From positions 1-60,723 of the IMG/VR virus record IMGVR_UViG_3300042868_002569: 60,723 nt of DNA, one strand, 5' to 3'. The position numbers were made by a program, and so were the translations under genes. Positions 34,003 to 43,413 of this stretch are shown here, piece after piece. Within the stretch, counting starts at the first letter, position 1, and the number at the start of each line of letters is the position of its first letter. The notes below the pieces were generated by a model. That model did not search any database. It saw nothing but the letters and a program-made list of their open reading frames with translations, and was not told the DNA's origin. This stretch comes from a virus (taxonomy: Duplodnaviria > Caudoviricetes).

Positions 34003-34079
34003 GTAGACGATTGGTTTCGGCTACTTTCCTTAGTGAGTGAGTGATTTAAGCCCCGGCGTAAAACCCCGGGGTCTTTTTT
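34003..34079 (+). ncRNA. Putative antisense sRNA (sRNA2) against replication-operon leaders
   Basis: Possible promoter TTGCGT (33967-72)-18 bp-TATCAT (33991-96); 34012-22 is the reverse complement of 18654-64; 34025-33 and 34037-43 are reverse complements of 29385-93 and 29375-81. Confidence 0.6.
34050..34079 (+). terminator. Rho-independent terminator at the replication/virion convergence
   Basis: CCCCGG-9 nt-CCGGGG followed by TCTTTTTT. Confidence 0.8.
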
Positions 34080-37000
34080 AATCTTGAGAATAGTCCAGCA
34101 TACCTTGTAGTTGCGGCATTAAGTTCTTATTAATGCTAATACCACCGGTAATGTTTGCTAGCGCACGGTCTTGGTAACGTTTGTTTACTGATTTAAATAA
34201 ACTATTTGGGTCAATACCCACCATCGGATTAGTTGCATTAAACGTAACAATCTTCTCAAGCACTCTTTCTAACATATCAGAATCGCCAGTATCTACAGAC
34301 ATAAAGAATGCGTTAAGCAAGTCAGTGCGACGACCTATAATCTTCTCGTTAACGTTCTTCATTTCAATTGAAGCTTTTTGTTTCTGAGCGGTGTCTTCTG
34401 GAGAAAAGCCTAGCATCTGAGCAAGGGCTGAAGCGGCAGGTATATCGGCATCTACTTCGTTACCTTTTAGGGTTACGGCTCTACCTTCAACCATATAGCG
34501 TGTACCAACCATAAGGTTTTTAATTGCCGCAGGCATCATGACTTCTAATGCACGTTCTGTGTGTCCGTCATTAAAACGTTTTAGAGCTTCGCCATAGTTA
34601 ATAGCTGCGCCTGCTGTAGGTCCAAGTAAGTTAATAAACATATTCTGTAAATAAGATACTTCGTCGTTGCTCTTACGCACGTCAGGGAACCACATGTCCG
34701 TTAAGTTGGTGTTCATACGGTCTGCAAAGTTAAGCCCGGTAGCTTGAGATGCAAAACCACGAGATATAGAATCACCGATAAACCCACCAAATGTGCGGTT
34801 AGTCCAGTTTTTAAACCAATTTTCTGGGTCAAATGGCTCGTCGTCATCACCAAACACAGCATGGAATGCAGAAGCTATGCCAGAGAATATAAAGAACAAC
34901 GGCATACCTGTGAAACCAGCGGTTATAAATGTCATACCCATCAGGCCAAGAAACGCATCACGAGCTTCTTTCTTCATTTCATCTAGTTCAGCACGTTTCT
35001 TTTCCATGCTCTTGGCTTTTTCATCGGGGGTAGCGGTGGCTAAACTACGTTCATGACGGGCTAGTTCGGCTTCCATACCTTGTCCAATAGCTTGCTGAAA
35101 CGTGCGGAACATAAACACGCTCATGTGTTGCGGGTATAACTTAAACTGCAATAAAACGTTACGTAAGTCACCACGGAAGTAACGTGGCTTATTAGTACTG
35201 TTGTAGTTAAACATTGTTTTCTGAGTAACATCACGTGCTTCTTGTAAAGCACGCTCATAGGCTTTGTCAGGAGTTAACCCAGCATCCAATGCTTTCCTAT
35301 ACCCCATGTCAAACGTAGACATATAGGCCATCTCACGGTTAAATTTTTCAGCCGAGTGGAAAGGTAAACTGACGTAGTACATAATTTTGTTCCAACGACC
35401 TGTGACTTCGTTAGACGGAGTTTCACCAAGGTTGGCAGCTTCGTGCGATTGCGTAACGTTAATGATGCCTCGAGCCACACCTTCGTTGTATACATCTGCT
35501 AAAGTCTTACCTTGCGGAAGCGCCTTGGAATCGGCATCGGTTCCTACGGTATTACGAGTCTCAAGTTTTGCACGGCTTAATGACAAGAACTCGTAACGCC
35601 CAGTCTCATCACTAACATATTTAGTACCGCCTAACATGCGAGCATACCTAGAAAGAGTCGTAGTTACGTTGCTTACACCACCGTACTTAGCCGCAGCAAC
35701 CGGAGCATAAATACCAGGAATAGCCATTGCGTTTATAAAAGCAGAAGCAGGTGCCGACAAGAACTGTATAAAACCAAAGTTTGTGGCAAATGTAGTAAAG
35801 CCGCTTTGTTTTGGTGGTTCTAAAATAGCTGTGCGTAAGTTAAGTTCTAACTCTTTTACATAGTCACGTAGGCGAGTGCGTTCATCTAACTCTAACCCTG
35901 TTTTAGGGTCTAAATAATCATTGGCTGCTTTAACGATATTAAATAACTGCGGCATGTGCTGAAAACGAGCACGTTGATAAGCCACACGTTGACGTGATAC
36001 AGAGAAGGCACGGAGCATATCTTGGCTAGGACCGGCAATATTGCCACGGTGCATAAACATCTTTTGAATACTCTCAGATGGCATTAGCTCTAAGTATAAC
36101 TGTCCAAACTCATCACGCAGTCTAGCGCGCAATGCTTCAACTTCATTGGCTTTAACTAAGGGGTCAACACTTAAACTAATGTCTTGACTAGTTTTGTCAA
36201 TAAGGTCGTAGATTCTATTAAGGTGTTGAATGTCGGCAAGACGTCCGCTTAGTGATTCACTAAAGCCTTGACCAGCATCTAAATTGTCTTCAGCATCTTT
36301 TAGTGCTTTTTCTTGTGCAACTTCATCAGTATCACCAGCAGCTTTGTATTTACTTACGTAGCTCTTAGCTAACTTATCTTTAAACTTATCTAGCTCAGCA
36401 TCTCTGGCGTAGGCGTCTTCAAACTGCATAAAGATTTTCTTTTGGCCTGTACCAACTTGTAACCAGTATTCACCGAAACGCTTGATTGGGAAGTACGGAC
36501 GGATAATTTCTTTGTTAATCTCATCAGATTTCTCTTTAACTAGCTTCTGTATCTCGGCATCAGGGGTGCCTTTAAGACGCTCACGCTCAGCAACTCTTTC
36601 TAGTTGAATCTTAGTATACTCATTCATACGGCGCTCATAAAACGCACGAACTTGACGATATACCTGCAACGCTACATCGCCATCTTTACCAGTAATCATT
36701 TCTAACCAAGCGGCTTTTAGTTCAGGGTCGGCATTGAACTTAGTGGCATCGTGCCCAGTACCTTGAGAGTCTGGGTCTAAACGCTTAAGCGTAGCCTCAA
36801 TCATTACCTTGCCTAATTGCTCAGCTTTCTGTGGATTAGACTCAAGTAAGTTACTCCACACCTTAATAATAGGGTCGCCTTCAGCCAAGATTTGGTTACG
36901 AGTGTTAAGCATCGCATCCACTTCTTTTACATATAACTTAAACTGCGGCATCTGGTCGCCGACAATATCCGTCAACTGGTCTAACGTCAATGCGCCTAAT

Positions 37001-40000
37001 AAGTACTTGCGAGTCTGAGCGTTGGTGCTGCTTAGGAACTTCGTAAAGTTCTTCTTGTCCAAGTCTTTCCACTTGACTCGGCCTTTGATAAGATTGTTAA
37101 ACGTATCCCATATCTTAGAACCAGAGCGCTCAGCAGTATTGAGCACAAACCTACCTGCACGGACACTGAGCCTGTCAGGTGCCCATAACTCAGAAGGCTG
37201 GCCCGACACAGTGCTGTCTACGTTAGCAGAGAATAGAACGTCAGCGTTAGCAAGTGTGTGGAACAACACGTTCTCAACACCGAATAGCTTAGCAACTGTC
37301 TGTATAAACTTAGACCATGCGGACATGTCGGAGTCCATAACCCGTTTCATAGCACGCAGTTCCATTTGGAATGCTGGGTTACTAAACGCTTCGGCTACGA
37401 ACTCATGTAGGTTTGTATAGCCGTATGCGCCTGGGTCTTTGGTGTGTAGCTTAGCGTAGTTAAACAAATCGGTAAGGTTGTCTAAAGCTTTCTGTTGCTT
37501 TGCATCAAGCAAGTCACGATTGTTAATAGCCCAGTGAGTAGCAGCGTGCGCTATCTCATGCATTACAGTGTAGTTACTTGTGCCATCTTCGCTACGGAAA
37601 GTAGCTGTGTTCTGATTAATAAAGAATGTAGCGGGGGACGCTAATGAGCGCATACCATCCCTATACACTCTGGCAACGTCTGCTATGTCTTCTCTAATAG
37701 ATTCGACGCGTAGTGGTTTACCGTCCGCGGTGGTAATCGCACCCTGTTCTAGAGCATTGAATGCTTCAGCCAAGTCGATGTATGGCGAAGTAGAATCACC
37801 TACATTGAAATACTGCATATAAACAACAGGATAGACTGCACGCATCCACTGAAGGATTCGGTCTTTTTGATTCTTAACTTTCTCAGCTTCTTCTAAAACT
37901 AAGTCGTAGTGTTCGTCAAAAGTAAGACGAGTAGTAAGGTTAAGCCCAAGCAAACGAGTTGCCAAAGCAGATAAGAACTTACCGCCCGTATCTCGGATTC
38001 CTCTAAGCGTAGCTTGTACATCGTTGTTTTTAACACCTTCAACAACACTTGGATGGGCAGTAGCAAATAGTTGGTCATTAGAGTTTAGTGAATCTTTCTT
38101 AGGGCTTGTGTTATCTTCTTGTGCTTTAGAGTTAGCACCTTTCTTTTTACTACGTTGTCTAGCCGCAGCTACGGTGTCTTCTTTAACTTTAATACCGCCG
38201 AGTTCAGGAATGTACTTGGCAAACAGCTCTGTCTGCTGCTCAGGAGTCATTGCCTCACTGCCAAACTTAATCGCATTATTAATGTCAACGGCCATGTTAG
38301 ACCCTTTTGGGGTCATCGTTAGACGACCGTTGCCATCTTCCGTAATTATCCCGTTAGCTTTAAGCGACTCTATTACAGCCGGAGATGCTATAGACTTATT
38401 GATTGGCGTGCGGTTCATCGCATCAACCAAGCCGTTGTAGTAATCACTTAATACACCAGTATCTGTTTCTTCAGTAACAGATGGTGCTACGGCTTCTGGT
38501 GCTTTAGCTTGCGCATCAAATTCTGCGGTTAGAGCATCACCTTCTGCAAGGTTTGCTTCTAATTTTTCTTTTAATACGTCTCTTTCATCTTGATATTTGT
38601 ACTTATCACCTTCAAGAATACCTTGTTGCTCTAAATCATAATATCGGTTGTTTAGCTCTGTATATTCTGTACTGTTTTTATCTATACGTTCAGCAATGGT
38701 TTCTTCGGCAGTTGGTTCTGCTGTTTCTGTTGTTTCAGTAACCGCAGGTGTTTCTTTAGCTTTAAGGTTTGGATACTTAGCAAAAAACTCTTCTTGTGAC
38801 AAAGTAGCTAAGTCCGTTGCTTCTTGTGCAGCTTTCTTAGTGGGGTATACACCTATCTCTTTGCCGGTAGCATCTTTAGCTACATATTCATAGTATGTGC
38901 CAGACCTACCTCTTGAAGCTTGTTCTCTACGCTCTACCGTTGGCGCTGCCGCTGGTGTTCCCGTAGCAGGCTGGCTATCAACTCGGCCTAACGCTTCACG
39001 GATACGTGCAATAGTATCTAGTGGTTTGTCACCCTTCTTAACTTCTAAACCTAAGTCACGTGCAATAGTGTTAACTTTGCGGGTGTTAAGAGCTAGACCG
39101 CCTTGGTCTACTGAACTAATCAATGAACGTGCAGCTAGTATTTCGGCTGGTTCTTCTAGTGTACTCGGCTCTTTTCCTTTTCCAACATCAGTAGTATCAG
39201 CAGTTGTTCTATCTCCACCCACGTCTGATGCGGTAGATGCTGCAGTTCCTTCGGCAATTCCGGATACCACTCCGGGTTCTCCAGCACCTGGAACGCCTTG
39301 CTGACTATCTCCGGTGTCAAGTCCACTGCTTTCATTTTTAGCCCTTTCGTCAGCTGCTTCTTTGATAATCTTCATAGCATTATCTGTAGCAGCGTCAAGT
39401 TGTTCTTCTGTAAGCTCCTGCCCGTTAGCTTTAGTATCTTCACGAATTATTTCTTTCATCTCTTCGCGAGTAGCTCCAGTAGGGGCAGCAGGGGCAGTTC
39501 GAGATGGTAGAGCGCCGATAGTACCGGCAGTCATACCGCCAATTACGGCATCACGTGCAGCGGCACCAGCAACTCCAGAGAATGTTCCAACGTCAAAGCC
39601 TTGACGCTGCAAAGCTAAGTTGGAAGCAAGTTGTTCTTGACCAGCTTGTACACCTTCCATAGGTGCTTCTTTAATAGCAGCTTCGCTTACACGACGTACA
39701 AAACCTTGTTTAGCAATTTCTTCTGCGGTCTCACCAGCTATCTTCTTACCAATTAAAGGCTCAACACCATACCTTGCGGCGGCGGCACCTAGACCAGCAC
39801 CAACAGCAATATCTAAAAAGTTCTCACCTAAATAATTTTGTGCTTCCTTAGCTTTAGCTTTAGCTTCGGCTTCGCCCATACCGGATTTAATTAACTCATC
39901 TTTGACGTTGTCGTATATGGAGCCTTTGATAGTACCCGCACCTTGAGCCGCACCAACAACGGTGTTCAAAGCTAAAAGCGCTGGACGACCAAGCTTGGCT

Positions 40001-40491
40001 ATAGCGCCAACCACACCAGTTCCCACGTAAGGAATAATAGAACCTAGACCTTGTGCAAGGGATTGCAACGGAGCTTCGGCTACGCCACCAAGGAATGCGC
40101 TAATCTCTTGAGTAATGCTGTCAGACTCAGACGCTTGCTTCTCTATAGCCTGACGGCGGGCCATCTCAGCTGCACGCTCAGGAGAATACCCAGCTTGGAT
40201 AGATTTCTGTACGCCACCTAAGGCTTCGGATGCAAAGTTATCTGCACCAAACACATCGGTTAAAGATTTACCTGCACCAACTACGCCTGAACCTAAAGCA
40301 CGTAGAGTATCACCAACAGAGAATCCTGCATCAACTTCTGGTGGGATTTCTGTTTTGCTTTGTTTTTTCAGCCATTCGTCAGGACTTAACGCAACAGACT
40401 CTTCTTTTTGCGTTTTTAACCATTCGTCAGGACTTAGCGCATTAGGTTTTTTCTCTTCCTTCTGCGACTTTAACCAAGCATCAGGACTCAT
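34078..40491 (-). CDS. Large internal virion / ejection protein with zincin-like motif (polyvalent-protein type)
   Basis: 2137 aa, last gene of the virion block; HEIAH...HEFVAEAFSN; Gly/Ala-rich amphipathic N-terminal region. Confidence 0.7.
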   Translation of the reverse strand: MSPDAWLKSQKEEKKPNALSPDEWLKTQKEESVALSPDEWLKKQSKTEIPPEVDAGFSVGDTLRALGSGVVGAGKSLTDVFGADNFASEALGGVQKSIQAGYSPERAAEMARRQAIEKQASESDSITQEISAFLGGVAEAPLQSLAQGLGSIIPYVGTGVVGAIAKLGRPALLALNTVVGAAQGAGTIKGSIYDNVKDELIKSGMGEAEAKAKAKEAQNYLGENFLDIAVGAGLGAAAARYGVEPLIGKKIAGETAEEIAKQGFVRRVSEAAIKEAPMEGVQAGQEQLASNLALQRQGFDVGTFSGVAGAAARDAVIGGMTAGTIGALPSRTAPAAPTGATREEMKEIIREDTKANGQELTEEQLDAATDNAMKIIKEAADERAKNESSGLDTGDSQQGVPGAGEPGVVSGIAEGTAASTASDVGGDRTTADTTDVGKGKEPSTLEEPAEILAARSLISSVDQGGLALNTRKVNTIARDLGLEVKKGDKPLDTIARIREALGRVDSQPATGTPAAAPTVERREQASRGRSGTYYEYVAKDATGKEIGVYPTKKAAQEATDLATLSQEEFFAKYPNLKAKETPAVTETTETAEPTAEETIAERIDKNSTEYTELNNRYYDLEQQGILEGDKYKYQDERDVLKEKLEANLAEGDALTAEFDAQAKAPEAVAPSVTEETDTGVLSDYYNGLVDAMNRTPINKSIASPAVIESLKANGIITEDGNGRLTMTPKGSNMAVDINNAIKFGSEAMTPEQQTELFAKYIPELGGIKVKEDTVAAARQRSKKKGANSKAQEDNTSPKKDSLNSNDQLFATAHPSVVEGVKNNDVQATLRGIRDTGGKFLSALATRLLGLNLTTRLTFDEHYDLVLEEAEKVKNQKDRILQWMRAVYPVVYMQYFNVGDSTSPYIDLAEAFNALEQGAITTADGKPLRVESIREDIADVARVYRDGMRSLASPATFFINQNTATFRSEDGTSNYTVMHEIAHAATHWAINNRDLLDAKQQKALDNLTDLFNYAKLHTKDPGAYGYTNLHEFVAEAFSNPAFQMELRAMKRVMDSDMSAWSKFIQTVAKLFGVENVLFHTLANADVLFSANVDSTVSGQPSELWAPDRLSVRAGRFVLNTAERSGSKIWDTFNNLIKGRVKWKDLDKKNFTKFLSSTNAQTRKYLLGALTLDQLTDIVGDQMPQFKLYVKEVDAMLNTRNQILAEGDPIIKVWSNLLESNPQKAEQLGKVMIEATLKRLDPDSQGTGHDATKFNADPELKAAWLEMITGKDGDVALQVYRQVRAFYERRMNEYTKIQLERVAERERLKGTPDAEIQKLVKEKSDEINKEIIRPYFPIKRFGEYWLQVGTGQKKIFMQFEDAYARDAELDKFKDKLAKSYVSKYKAAGDTDEVAQEKALKDAEDNLDAGQGFSESLSGRLADIQHLNRIYDLIDKTSQDISLSVDPLVKANEVEALRARLRDEFGQLYLELMPSESIQKMFMHRGNIAGPSQDMLRAFSVSRQRVAYQRARFQHMPQLFNIVKAANDYLDPKTGLELDERTRLRDYVKELELNLRTAILEPPKQSGFTTFATNFGFIQFLSAPASAFINAMAIPGIYAPVAAAKYGGVSNVTTTLSRYARMLGGTKYVSDETGRYEFLSLSRAKLETRNTVGTDADSKALPQGKTLADVYNEGVARGIINVTQSHEAANLGETPSNEVTGRWNKIMYYVSLPFHSAEKFNREMAYMSTFDMGYRKALDAGLTPDKAYERALQEARDVTQKTMFNYNSTNKPRYFRGDLRNVLLQFKLYPQHMSVFMFRTFQQAIGQGMEAELARHERSLATATPDEKAKSMEKKRAELDEMKKEARDAFLGLMGMTFITAGFTGMPLFFIFSGIASAFHAVFGDDDEPFDPENWFKNWTNRTFGGFIGDSISRGFASQATGLNFADRMNTNLTDMWFPDVRKSNDEVSYLQNMFINLLGPTAGAAINYGEALKRFNDGHTERALEVMMPAAIKNLMVGTRYMVEGRAVTLKGNEVDADIPAASALAQMLGFSPEDTAQKQKASIEMKNVNEKIIGRRTDLLNAFFMSVDTGDSDMLERVLEKIVTFNATNPMVGIDPNSLFKSVNKRYQDRALANITGGISINKNLMPQLQGMLDYSQD

Positions 40492-40493
40492 GA

Positions 40494-42986
40494 TTAACCT
40501 TTAACAGAATTTACATAATCCGACCATTGTTTATCAGTCATGTTAGGGTAGTCTGAACGCTTATACGATTTGTTACCAACAGCAACACTTGTAGGTATAT
40601 CTGCGGGAGCTGTATCATCAGTTTTAGCAATTTGTCCTAAACGTGCGTTAAGCGCTGCTCGTTGGTCCATTAACTTTTTCTTAGTCGCTTCGTCTTTAAT
40701 TGGCATCATTAGCTGCTGGTTAATGTCAACTAGCTGAGTCTTAATAGCTTGAACCGCAACACTATCGTTACCTTTTATAGCCTGCATAGTTTGTAAATAC
40801 TTTGGGTCTTTCATAGCACGTTCAACTACACGATTCTCTCTGTCGGCACCATACATAGATGCTTCAGCACTCTTAAGATGACCTTCACGTTGTACTTGAC
40901 GATTTTCGTAATTGTCGTAAGCTTTCTGAGCGGCGTCATAGTCGCCACGGGCTTCAGCACGCTGACCTTTCTCAAGTTCAACTGACATTCTTTTATCGGC
41001 AAGGTCGGCTGCACGTAGTTCTTTCTTCGCACCAGCTTCACCTTCAGCAAAACCACCCAATGCTGTAGAAGCAGATGACATGAAAGGTCCGGCTGTAGAA
41101 CCAAACTGCGCAAAAGCTTTTGCCATACGTAAATAGCGGTCTTGTCCAGCTTCAGACTGACGACGTTGTTTACCTTCTTTAATGTAATCCATCAAGTTAC
41201 GAGTCTCTTCGCCCATGCCAGGAGTAACACCACGTTCTGCTAACGCTTGCTCTTTTTCAGATAAAATCTTAGCAATTCCAATTTTTTGGTCGCCACCTGT
41301 TGGAGGCGCTGCTGGAGGTTTTTCTAAAGGAGCCGCCGCTGGAGGTTTTACTAAAGGAGCTGCCGCAGGTGCAGCTACCGGAGCCCTTACTTCTAAATTA
41401 GGGTTTTCCTTAAGCATTTTTTCCGCAGCTACAGGAGACATAGCTTTTACACTTTCATAGTGCTTACGTTTCTCAGCAAGTTGGGTTTCGTCAACACGTA
41501 ATTGGTCCAAAGCCATAGCTTCTGGACTTGAGCCAAAGCCGTCAATTAACTCGCCTGCATAAAACCCAGGTACATCGCCGCCTTCTTCAAAAGCAATGAT
41601 ACCGCCACCAGCCATGTTGCGACCTAACTCACCAGCATTTCCCAAAGCAATACCAGATAGGATTTCTTTACCCATATCTTTTACTTCTTTACTGCTAGAT
41701 TGAGCAATTAACTTTTTTAACCCTTGTGGGTTTGTTTCAGCCATAGTCTCAAGGCGGTCACGCATACTATCTACTACACCACGATTAGCGTAGCCTAAAC
41801 CAACTGAACCCCCCTCGGCGTACTCTTTAATAGTACCACCTTCACGCTTCATTGCGCCGTAAAGAGACGCGCCTGTACCTAGCAAACCAATACCTTGTTG
41901 CAATGCGCTAGGTTGAGCTTGATACTGCTGAGTAGACATACCTTGCATTGGTAAACCACGTAGCAAGTTGGACATAGTCGACAACTGCATAAACGGATAC
42001 TGTTGCTGAGTAGCGTAATCTTGAATCTGTTGATTGATAATGTTCTGTTGGTAAGCTTGTTGTTCTTTTCCTGTTTGTTGCTGGAACCCTAAGCGAGCTA
42101 AATCGGCTTGTTGTTGTGCACCACCTAGTTGACCTAGAGTAGACGCAGCTTGACCTGCACCAGCATAACCAGCTTGTTGCGCACCAACACCTTGAAGTCC
42201 TTGTCCAACACCTTGCATACCAGCTTGAACGCCTTGAAGCCCAGTCTGAATACCTTGTAGACCCAAATTAGCCCCAAATTGCTGAGTTTGCATAGCTTTA
42301 TCAAAAGCGGATTGAGAACCCTGTGCTTGGATATTAGCTAAGTTAGACATTAAATTCTTTTCACGCTCAGACTGAGCTAACGCTTGTCTAGCGCCACCAT
42401 AAGTACCTTGACGTGCTGAGCCAAGATTGGCTTGTTGCTGAGCAAGTTGGGCATTACGAACAGCATCTGCTTTAGCAATATCGGTAACTTGTTGTTGGTA
42501 CGGGCTCATATATTGAGCCATTGAATTAGGGTCGGTTACTTGTTGAGCAAACTGTTGTCCAGCACCGAAGGCTGGCATTGCCTGCATAGCACCAGCTGCG
42601 CCGAGTGCAGTTCCTAAACCACCATACATACCAGCTTGTTGGGCGGTACCTAACTGCCCCATGCCAGACATACCAGCTAAGCCTTGGGCTTGACCATAAG
42701 CACCTGGAGTTTGCATCTGACCAGCTTCGTTGTACACACCACGTTGTAGTGAAGAAGGACCAGCAAAGTATTGGGTTGGGTCGTTTGAATATGGGGTATA
42801 TGGTTTAAAACCTGTAATTTCGCCTGGTGTAGTCGTACCATCAGCATTAGTTGTGCCAGGGGAAGTTGTAAACAACTGATTCTGGGCAGCGCCCAGCATG
42901 TTCATTACATACGGCTTAGCGTATTCCGGTAAATTGGTCTGATATGCCGTTGTACTAGTTGGTTGTGAACCGCCGCCTTTACCCAT
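40494..42986 (-). CDS. Putative internal virion / DNA-transfer protein
   Basis: 830 aa, Q/G/A-rich; LPEYAKPY and YMSPYQQQV motifs; position before the large ejection gene. Confidence 0.6.
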   Translation of the reverse strand: MGKGGGSQPTSTTAYQTNLPEYAKPYVMNMLGAAQNQLFTTSPGTTNADGTTTPGEITGFKPYTPYSNDPTQYFAGPSSLQRGVYNEAGQMQTPGAYGQAQGLAGMSGMGQLGTAQQAGMYGGLGTALGAAGAMQAMPAFGAGQQFAQQVTDPNSMAQYMSPYQQQVTDIAKADAVRNAQLAQQQANLGSARQGTYGGARQALAQSEREKNLMSNLANIQAQGSQSAFDKAMQTQQFGANLGLQGIQTGLQGVQAGMQGVGQGLQGVGAQQAGYAGAGQAASTLGQLGGAQQQADLARLGFQQQTGKEQQAYQQNIINQQIQDYATQQQYPFMQLSTMSNLLRGLPMQGMSTQQYQAQPSALQQGIGLLGTGASLYGAMKREGGTIKEYAEGGSVGLGYANRGVVDSMRDRLETMAETNPQGLKKLIAQSSSKEVKDMGKEILSGIALGNAGELGRNMAGGGIIAFEEGGDVPGFYAGELIDGFGSSPEAMALDQLRVDETQLAEKRKHYESVKAMSPVAAEKMLKENPNLEVRAPVAAPAAAPLVKPPAAAPLEKPPAAPPTGGDQKIGIAKILSEKEQALAERGVTPGMGEETRNLMDYIKEGKQRRQSEAGQDRYLRMAKAFAQFGSTAGPFMSSASTALGGFAEGEAGAKKELRAADLADKRMSVELEKGQRAEARGDYDAAQKAYDNYENRQVQREGHLKSAEASMYGADRENRVVERAMKDPKYLQTMQAIKGNDSVAVQAIKTQLVDINQQLMMPIKDEATKKKLMDQRAALNARLGQIAKTDDTAPADIPTSVAVGNKSYKRSDYPNMTDKQWSDYVNSVKG

Positions 42987-43413
42987 TGTCTTTCTCCATA
43001 TCTAATGGCAACTCATAAGTTACCCAAGTAGCTTTGCAGCCGTCATTCTGAAATATTTTAGTCCATCCTGGACGTCCTGTCGACTCAATTGCTTCACACC
43101 CTAAATCACGAGCAAACATTCTTAAAAGAGCTAACATTGGCTCTTTCCATGTATCTAGTTCATCCCCACCACAAAACTGCATACCTAGCAACTTACGTTG
43201 AGGGTAAGTAATAATATTAGTCACTACCGCGCCCTTAAAAACAGGACCATCAAAAGCAATCCAAAGCTGATAATCATCTTCTTTTACAAGGTCATAAATG
43301 TTACCAACCGTGTACCTACCGTAAGTATACTCCGCTGCTTTAGCTATAAAACCCTCAATCTTGTCCCAGCAAGTGTCAACATACTCACGAGGTACTAGAG
43401 AGACTTCAATCAT
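42979..43413 (-). CDS. Possible GNAT-like acetyltransferase-fold protein
   Basis: FARDLGCEAIESTGRPGW pattern; podovirus tail-region position. Confidence 0.5.
   Translation of the reverse strand: MIEVSLVPREYVDTCWDKIEGFIAKAAEYTYGRYTVGNIYDLVKEDDYQLWIAFDGPVFKGAVVTNIITYPQRKLLGMQFCGGDELDTWKEPMLALLRMFARDLGCEAIESTGRPGWTKIFQNDGCKATWVTYELPLDMEKDNG

Noticed and set aside
34078-40491. Large protein as an N4-like virion RNA polymerase reading PAL hairpins as promoters
   Set aside because: No single-subunit RNA polymerase motifs recognised, it is much smaller than N4 vRNAP, and the early region has good sigma70 promoters.
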